Positions 10,296 to 19,600 of a stretch of DNA of 64,000 nucleotides are shown piece by piece (within the stretch, counting starts at the first letter, position 1; each line of letters starts with the position of its first letter). The translations under genes were made by a program, and so were the position numbers. This DNA is from Verrucomicrobiales bacterium. Its GTDB lineage: Bacteria > Verrucomicrobiota > Verrucomicrobiia > Verrucomicrobiales > V1-33. The DNA lies in the NCBI GenBank assembly GCA_031411295.1, contig JANOAV010000091.1, positions 13,838-77,837 on the forward strand, given 5' to 3'. The notes under the pieces are model-generated. The model saw nothing but the letters and a program-made list of their open reading frames with translations. It was not told the origin of the DNA and searched no databases.

Positions 10296-10588
10296 AAGGA
10301 CTGGGGGGAAACTAGAGGTAAATTTCCGTTCTGCCGAGGACGTCCCTATGGGAAACGGGGCAGAATCGAGTTTCTTGAAACTTTGTTGGAATTTCCGTTG
10401 GCGTAATGTCAGCGACGGGTTTGGCGTGATCATCCTGTAAAATTCAATGTGCGACGCGAAGGCCGCAGGACGAATTTTCCGATACTTTGGGAGATTTCCA
10501 CTTAGAAAATCCCTAGCCATCTGCATCCTGTAATAGCCATGGATTTTGAGACCATTTTCCCTACCCGTTTCCGCCGAGCATCTCCAAC

Positions 10589-10609
10589 GTAGCACAGGTT
10601 TGCAACCTG
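10589..10609 (+). repeat. REP-like element (GTAG + short palindrome)
   Basis: GTAG-CA-CAGGTT-TGC-AACCTG matches the GTAG-tetranucleotide-plus-hairpin architecture of REP sequences. I noticed only one copy in the window. Confidence 0.4.
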
Positions 10610-10612
10610 AGA

Positions 10613-10662
10613 GGATCGGCCCGCTGGGCTGCTCAATTTAAATCAGTCCAGCGGCCGGATCC
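10613..10662 (-). terminator. Long GC-rich hairpin downstream of the TpsA gene
   Basis: ggatc-ggc-ccgctgg-gctg ... cagt-ccagcgg-ccg-gatcc imperfect inverted repeat ~14 nt past the stop codon; no clear U-tract. Confidence 0.5.
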
Positions 10663-10675
10663 GTATGATTCAGGC

Positions 10676-13600
10676 CTACTGCAATTTCTCGGCCGCTTTA
10701 GCTTCCTGGGCCTCTTGGGCTTCGCGCTCGCGTTTCTTGCGTTCCTCTTCGTCCTTGTCTTCATCGGTGGAACCACCGCCGCCGTAGCTGATGATTTCGA
10801 CGGTTACGAGAGATGGCAGCACTTCCGGGTCCTTAGGGGGCGGGGGCGTTGCAGTGGTTGTAGGATTGCTTCCGGAGGGTTGCGGAGGCGGGGGGGGAGC
10901 GGCTGCTACGCTTGGCGCGCTAGGGGCAGCCACGGCGGGCGCTCCGCTGGTGGCTCCTCCCGCTGCGATGTTACCCGCGTTGGCAATCACCGGTGCAGCC
11001 AAGTTGAGCGTTCCGGCGGAGCGGATGCCAGCATCGCCAGCGTCGATCTTACCAGCCACGGCAATCAAGTCCACGCTGCCTGGGGCCAGCCCTGCCACGG
11101 TGGCTAACACACCGATACCACCACCGGTGGCCAAGCCGGCAAGGTCTACTTTAACATCGCCACTTTGTGGATCGATGATGACACGAGTTGGCGGAGCGCT
11201 GGCCACGGTCTTGGAGGCGGAACCGGCTGCAATGTCACCGGCGGAACTCCAGATGACGATATTGCCACCACGGAGGGTGAAAATCCGGGAGATGCCGAGG
11301 TCAACGTTGCCGTTGGTGAAGACGGAAATATTACCCCCACCTTCGGTGATGATCCCTGGAGGAGCGAGTGGGGTGCCAATCACGCTAGTGGCAAGGGTAA
11401 GTTTGCCGCCAGGTGAGAAGATGGAAATGTCCCCACCGCTCTTGGTGCGGATGTCCCGGCTTTGGGTGGTGACATCGCCCTCGGTGCCAGCATTCGGGAA
11501 GAGTGAGGCAATGGCGGCCAAGCCTGAGGCATAGGTGCCAGCGTTGGGGCCGACGGTCAAGTTGTGCTCGCGACCGGAGTCACGCAGCAATTTATAGAAC
11601 ACTTCCAGGGCGATCCGGTGTTGCTCTTCGACTGGCAATGAAGTGAAGTTCCCACCGGTCAGGCTGGGGAAACTAGCGGATAGTTCCGTCTGGTATTTTG
11701 CCAGATTGGCAGCGGTGACATATTGCGCGATGAAGCCATCGAAGTCCAGTGTGCTGCTTTCCAAGCCAGCGGCCGAGCCGATCCCAGCACCCACGATGAC
11801 GCTGGCGCCAGCGAACGGCAGGTTCGGATTCCGCGCATTGCCGATACTGGTGATGCCCGTTCCGGTGCCGTCGTTCAAGCTGGCCCCAGTGCCGAGATCA
11901 ATGTGTCTGCCAGCCAGCACTTCAAGCGTGCCGGGGCCGCTGATTTGCAAGTCGCCCAGCTTGGGCGTTTCGCCTGTAGCCAGGGCATTGCCGCCGGTCG
12001 TAGCGCTGATTCTGAGCGGGGCCGTGGCGTCATAAGGAAGGATATCGCGCCCCGCTGAGACGAGCGAAACATCCTGAGTGCTGAGATTTTGAATGTAGAA
12101 GGAAATGTCTCTAACATCTCGTCCAGCAGTAATCCGTGCCGCCTTGCCAGTGAATAATTCCAGACCGGAAATATCGCCCGTTCCGGCGTAGAGATAGACT
12201 GGCTTGGTGTCGCCACTGTGCAATGGGCCTGCGGCGTGGAGGTTTTGTTTATCCGACAAGTTTTGCACGATGGAACCACTCTCAGCAAAATGGGCTGCGA
12301 TGAAATCCAGCAGGTTTGCGGGCGTGGCGCGCGCGCGGGTGGCAACGCTGAAATTGCTTCCCAGCAGGGCTTGGAAGGCATACGGAGAACGCTGCCCGGG
12401 CAGCGCATCGGGATTGGAATCCGAAAGATTGATCGTGCTCGTGGTCCAGATATTGGCATTGGTGCCCGCATCGAAACCAGTGGCTTGCAGGCCGTTAATG
12501 GCACTGGCGGCCACCAATTCAACGGTCCCGGCAGGAGCAGGAGCGAGCGTTAGGCTACCCTGCAAATTGACATTGCCACTAAAGGACGTGGCCTTGAGCG
12601 TGCCGGGCAACAGGCTGGCGGTAATGCCGAACACACCGACATCAGCTTCCACCACTTTCAACCAAGGTTGATAGCGGGAAACGGAGTTATCGGTTAGTTT
12701 GTTGATGTTTTCAAACCAGGCCTGGAGCACTGGCACTGGCGCGGTGCTGTTGGCGGTGGTGACTTCGGTGCGCAGAGTTACGTTTCCAGTGAGGGAGGAT
12801 GCTGTTACGGAACTCTTGCTATCGTAAGTGTTGAAATACGTTTTATACCAGTAAGTATTGCTGTAGCCCTGCGGTAGCCAGAACGGATTGACCGTTGGCC
12901 CCAGCAGCAGATCCTTGCGGGCGGAAACATCAAAGCCACCTTTCCCAAGGAATAGAGCGGTTGGCAGCCAAGTCCGGCTGTCCTGAGGCGCTTGACTGAT
13001 GATGCTACCCAGGGAGGGAGTGCGAGTGGAGTTGGTGGTGATTTCCCCGGAAGCAATGAGTCGGCCCTGACCACGTTCCACATAGTAGGCACCACCATCG
13101 ATGTTGCCGCCAGCATTGATCGTCACATTACCCCCACCTAGCTCGATCAGGGTTGCGGTGGAGGGTGTGGTTTTCGTCATGCGGGCATTCGTGGGAGCCA
13201 CCGCATCGACGTTCTTGATATTGCCACCAGCCACTAAACTAACGTTACCGCCCCCAAGCGCGCCCACACCTTCAAAGAAGTTGCTGTAGTCCACCCACCA
13301 GCTCGTAGAAGCAATTTCGTTATTCCGTGACAGCGCGAAGTTGCCATTGGCATCCAATGCGCCCCGGCGGTAGAGCCAGTTGTAAGGAAGTTCACGTGAG
13401 GAATCATCGATCAACGCTCCCGCAGTATTTTTCGTTAGATGCTTGATGTCGCCCTGGGCGAAAATGCTGATATTGCCACCGGCCAGGGCATACTGCGGAG
13501 CATATCCCGGGCTTTGCTGAATTGCTCCCAAGGCCCCTTGGTTTCCACTTAGACTAATGACCGGAATGTCGAATTGTCCGCCCATGGTGGCATCCACCAC

Positions 13601-16600
13601 CTTGGTGCCTGCGGTGTAAATGGTAGCGAATTGATTGAGTAACTGGACATCGCGCGCGGCGGCAAGGTTGATGGTGCCACTGCCAGTGCGGATGACTTGG
13701 AAACGATTATTGACCGCAGAGGCTGTGGTGGCATTGTTGCCAGGCGTGCTGGCCAAATTCAGACCGCCATTTTTACCCAGTTGGAGCAAGCCGCTGGTGG
13801 CTCCCAGAGTTGCGATCGGCCGCACTTGGCGCACATCGGCGGCTGCGAAGTCCGCTCCGGCAGTTAGGTTGTAGGAGTAGCTTTGTTGGTTGGCTCCCAG
13901 CAGTGGGTTCTGATCCAGCAGCAGTGAGGTGTAAGCGCTGGAAACAAAGCCGTCGCTGATGGCGTTGTAGAACGTCAGATTTCCGGCAGCCCGCAGAGTG
14001 AGATCGCCCGGAGCGCTCTTCGGTCCGAAGCGATTGTTCGCCAAATTCCAATCCGAAGTATTGGTGGATGCAGTGGTCCCTAAAATGAGGTCTCCCGTGC
14101 GATTCACAATTTCCGCCCCGGGCTGAATCACCAGCGAATTGCGCAGCACCAAGTTCGTGCTCGTCAGGCGATTCAGCATCGCATCGTATCCGGCTGCGGC
14201 CACGCCTGCGTCACCCACGAAGGCAATGCCGTTGTTCCGCACGTTCGTTTGCACGGTGCTCGTAATGGTGCTGCCTGCCGCGTTGTTGAGTTCAAACAAT
14301 TTGTAACCTTCCGCGACCACGGAGGAGGCACCCAGGATGGTGCTGTCGATCGAACTCAGCGCTAGATCTGTGCTGCCAGCATTTTGCGGGGCCCGCAAAT
14401 GCAGCGTTCCCGTAAATAAACCGTTGGCCGCACTCGCGGCCGAATTTTCAGCTACGGTTAGGTTGATGGTGGAACCAGCGAGTAGCTCTAACTGACCACC
14501 TGCATTGCCCCGTGTTGCTAGGGAGATATCGCCCCCTTTGCCCGCTGCGCTGAAACGTTGGGCGGCGGTGGTGAGCACCGCCGTGGAGTTGATGATGAGG
14601 GCACCGTTCGCATCGAGCGCGATCGTGCCGCCTTCAACTCCGGCAGCATTGATGGTGCCATTTACCGTCAGCGTGCCCGCATCCACCGAGAGTCGGAAGA
14701 TTTGTGCGTTGCTGATACCATCCAAGATCACGTTGCCAGTGCGCACGCGCAGATTTCGCGCAGCGGTAAACCCTGCGGTGTTCAGCGTTTGATTCAAACC
14801 GAGGAGATCGGGAATCGTGGCGGCATCCAAAGTGAATTCCCCATTCCGACCACCGCTGCCACCTTGTCCAGCCATGACGCCGTTCAGCACGAAATTACCC
14901 AACGGAGAGCTGACGACCACACTGCCAGCGTTGCCTCCGGCCGCAGGAGCAGCCACGTTGACCAAGCTACCATTGGCAATCGTAACATTACCAGCGTCCG
15001 CCGTCAGCTTGACTTGGCCCCCATCGGTGGGTTTGCTTAGATCATGGATCGTTTGCATGGTCCCGGCTAAATTGAGATTGCCGGAGATAGCAAGATTTCC
15101 GCTCGTGGCGCGAATATTGAGAACGCCGCTCGGCAGTAAAATGTCGCTCGACTGACTGACGCTGGCACCTGTGAGATTGAGGCTGGCCCCCAGTCCGCCG
15201 GTCACATTAGCGGTGCCGCCACCCACCGGCTTTTGGATCACCAAGGCCCCACCAGCGCTGATGGACTGGCTGGAGCCAGCCGCACCGGTTAGCACAGGGG
15301 TGGTCAGAGTGAGATTTCCGGCCACATTCATCGTGCCAGTGCCTTCGTTAATGATGCCGGAGGTGGCGTTCAAGCTAACATTTGTGTATTGATCAATCGC
15401 GAGTCCGCCTTTACCCAAGCGGAGCGTGTCCGCATTGATGACAAAATTTCCCGTCGGAGCAGCCACGATGCCGGGCGCTGTGCGGCCTGGGCTGTTATCC
15501 AAGACCACGTTCTGGGCCGTGAAGGTAGCCGTGCCGCCACCGGTATTGAAGCCCCGAATTTCTGCCGCATGGATTCCCAAGTTCGCCAGATTCGACGTCC
15601 CAACTTGGCCCGTGCCATAGATGTCGAGCGAGGAGTAGCTGAGGAAATTCAGCGAGGAAGCAGACTGTAGGTTGGCTAACGCCGCACCCGCCAGCACTAA
15701 TCCTGCGGTAGGCTGCAACGCGCCCGGGTTGTTGAGCGCCAGACTAATTTGACCGCTGTTCAAATTGACCGTTTGTCCGAGCAGACTAGCCGTCGGGCTG
15801 AGGTTCGTTCCGTAAGTGGAATCCAGCGTCACGCTGGGGCCGGAAAGAATCACTCCGGCACCCACCGTCATTTGCGGAACGGTGGACCCAGTCACTCCGC
15901 TCCGAACCACTTGGGCGTTAGGATCGCTGCTGAGCCGCACCAGCAACCCATTGCCGCTGCCTGCGGTGGAGGATCCCAGCAGGATGGTATCTGCGCTTCC
16001 GGCTTGCGTTCCGGTCACGGTGATCGATGCGCCTGGCGCCAGAGTTAGGTTTTGATTGGACACCAGCACGATATCGCTTCCGGTGAGCGGGGTGCCGGCG
16101 TTGTCCACGGTGAGCCGATTGGTTTTCACCGTGACGCTCGTTCCGTCGGGACCAAATTTCCTCACACCACCAATCAACAAGCTGGCGGCTCCGAAGCCAT
16201 TCAGTTGTCCGGCATTCAACACCAAACTACCGGGCGCAGGGGTGGAGCTGGATCCGGAAATTAGGATATCCAGCGGGCTGGAAATATCAATCAATCCGCC
16301 GCGGCCACCCGATGTGGTGGCATTGACAGTGCCGTTCACAGCCATCGAGGTAGTGGCTGCGAGCACCAACTGCCCGGCATCGATCGGCAGACGTGGCGTG
16401 GTGACACCACGCTTGGTGGCACTTTCGGCAAACCATGCATTGGCAAAGTAATCCTGATACTCGGATCGTTGACGCACCACGCTGGAAGGGGCGACTTCCC
16501 ACCGGGAGAAGATCTCTGGCACGGAGCGCTCGCCATTCAGGCTGTTATAACGATACCCGGAAACCAGACTGGCTCCGTCGTCCTTCTTGAAGGTTCCAAT

Positions 16601-19600
16601 GGGAATGCCCGACTGCGGAGTGACTAACACGGCCCCGGGGAGCAGGGCATAACGCGCTGGCAGCAGCGTATAGACGCCCGCCTTCAAGGATTCGCTGGCT
16701 CCCAGATAAACTTGATCGCCCGGTCTCAGGCCACTGTTCACATAGCCGGGATCGCCTCCCAGATTGCCCGCGTTGCTACTGTTATTGAAAGCTCCGAACG
16801 GTGCGAAGTTAGCATTGTAGCCCGGGATGACCGCAAAGCTGGTGGTCGAGGCCAGGATGTCCTTGGTGCCGCCAATGCCCTGAATCCAGCGATACGCATA
16901 GAGTTCGCCACCGCCACTGATATCGATGACGGATCCAGCCATGGTGTTGACACTGGCCCCGGCAATGTTGATGGCTTTGGCAGGAGGACCGGTGGTGGTG
17001 ATATCATTTCCAGCTGGATCAATCCAGGACGTGCCGTTCTGAATGATACCGTAAGGGAAGACGACGCCCTGACCGGTAATCGGATCAATTCCGGAAACCG
17101 AGGTAATGCTGCCGGGCAGCAAATTGACTTGCTTGGTTGCGGTCACAGCCAAGCCGGAGAAGGAATCGAGCGGAGCGGTGCCAGTGCCATCCCAGCCCAG
17201 ATTGATGATCCCCAAGGGAGCACGCAGCGTGCCGCCTTGATTAATGATGCTGGCAAAGACGTTCAAGGTGCCGCCCGCTTCCAATGGCAGATTTCGCACG
17301 CCGGAGGATTCGAAATTTACGGTGCCGGATTTCAGCAAGCCACCATGAAGATAATCTGCCACATTGATGGTAAATGACGTTGCAGCCGCCGGATAAATTT
17401 GCGCAGCTCGCATGGTTAGGTTGCCAGCGATATTCAATGAACCACTGCCCCGGATATCACCACCATTGGCAATCAAGTTGGCTTGGCCGATGCCTTGCAG
17501 GGAGAGATTCCCAATGTCGATGTGATCCGCGCGGACGTTGAGGATGCCGGCACCATACGTAGGCTTGGCATCGGGAACCTTGGTGACGACATCAAGCGGA
17601 TTGGACGGTAGCAGGAAGGCCTGACCCAAAGCTACATAGGGAGCTGAGAGGTTTACGGTGTCGTCGGCTCTGATGAAGCCAGAATTGGCGATGTAGAGAC
17701 TGGCGCGCGCATCAATCGTGATCGGTCCGCGGAATTCAACCGCTCCTGAGCCACCCAGCGTGAGGGAATCGAAGCCGCCACGCAGGAAGGTGTTGGCACT
17801 GAAGTAGCCCATGCCAGGAATCGGCGTGCCACTGCCGTCCACCACCGGATTACCAATCCCAGCAAATCCTGCTGGGAGCGTCCATCCGCTTTGTTTCACC
17901 AGCAATGAGGTGTCCAATGGCGTGGGCGTCGCGAGCGGATCATAGTAACGCCCGGAGGTTACGATCAGGCTGCCGCCCGTGGCCGTCGGTCCACCGGCAA
18001 ATCCCTTGATGGTGGAATCAACAAACAACTCCTGCCCGCCGCGTAGAATCACCGTGCCACCATTGCTGTCCACCTGCGTGGCGACATTCAGGAAACGATA
18101 GAGTGGAGTGGTTAAGCCGCTGGAAGTTAGCACCAGTGGCGAGGTCTCGGAGCCAAGATAGTTCGGATGCAAATCCAGGATGCCGCTGGCACCGGAAACA
18201 TCAATCACGGAACCGCGCGCGCCCACAATGTTACCAGCCACGCTCACCGTGCCACCCGGCAACACCGTGCCGACCCGCCGTCCGTAAGCGTCAGGCTGCA
18301 GCACCACGGTGCCAGCAGTCGAAAGCAGGCTGCGTGGCCCCAGATAGACCGTCGGCAACGCCTGGGTCGGCGTAGCGTTGGAGGGGAAGCGATTCGCACC
18401 AGTCAAGGTGATCGTCCCGCCTGGAGCAATGATGGAACCCAAGAAGGCAATCGTGTCAGCCTTCAACCCAACATTTCCCAGCGGATTCGTGCGCACGACC
18501 GCTCCCTGACCGAAGACCAGATCTCCCCGAATTTTCAGGGACCCAGTGTAATCGTCGGAAACCGAGACGGCACCAAAATTCAAACTCAGTGCAGGCCGCA
18601 TGCCTTCTGGATAAAGCGCGGTGGTGGTGGCGAAGGTCAGATGATTCTGTGGATAGGGCACCGCCAGCAGGCTGGCGACTTGAGGATTAATCGTGGTGTT
18701 AGGCGCGATGATGAGGCCGGGGATGAATTTCTCTGGATCATCCGTGGCCGCTCCAATGCCGGAAATATTGAACGTGGTGAAGCCGCCTTCGCTAAAGAAC
18801 TCTGGCTGTAAAATGGTGGTGCCAGGATAAGCCGACCGCCCGCCGATCTGCAGCAGCAACGCCTGCAGGGTGAGCGAAGCGCCTTTGGCACCAACGCCTG
18901 CGAAACCACGCAACGTGGCTCCCAATTCCAACGTGCCACCAGTCACGCCCGGACGGGAAACATCGCGCCCCGTGTTGATGATTAGATTTCCGCCGTTGCC
19001 ATAAGTTTGCCGTCCGGTAGCTCCGATGGCAATGCCGCCCGAGACATCGATCGTGGCCCCACGCTGGAGGTTGGCGCTAAAGGTGTTGATGGCAATGGTG
19101 CCGCCGTTGGTCAGCAGTGGCAGCGTAAGGGGATTTGGTGAGCTAAGGCGATCATCCACCAGCAAACCCGCCGTGCTCAGATTGGCTCCGGGAGCTACAG
19201 TCACATTACCGCGTCCGATGTTAGCCGTAGGCTCGGCAGTCAGAAACGGCACCGCTCCCGGAGAAATATTATAGGCGGTGAGTTTAAGATTTCCCGCTGG
19301 CACCGTCACATTTCCTTCCACCCGAATGTTGGCTCCGGCCAATGTTAGCGAACCACCCGCGGGCCCGGTTAAATCAATGCCGGAGGGCACCGTGATGCTG
19401 CCATCAGGATTGTTCACCGTCATATTTCCAAAGCCTCGCTCATTAAACAAACTGGGCGAAAGCAGGACTCGCGCAACGCGATCCGCCCGCAGCGGGGCGG
19501 GATCGCCTGTGGCATTGACCACAAATGGTCCCGGTTCCGATTGTGAGCCGTCGCCAAAGGAAATCGCGGGCGGGGTGGGAGAGAATTCCACTGGCAGACC

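Noticed and set aside
10329..10365. Hairpin ttctgcc...ggcagaa as a riboswitch or ncRNA
   Set aside because: Single short imperfect stem, upstream of the predicted promoter, not conserved in copy A, with no recognisable aptamer.
10257..10595. ORF-track N-terminal extension of the 2248-aa ORF
   Set aside because: Similarity to copy A coding sequence and the signal peptide both begin at MKTRSLL (10256). The extension covers promoter-like and hairpin sequence.
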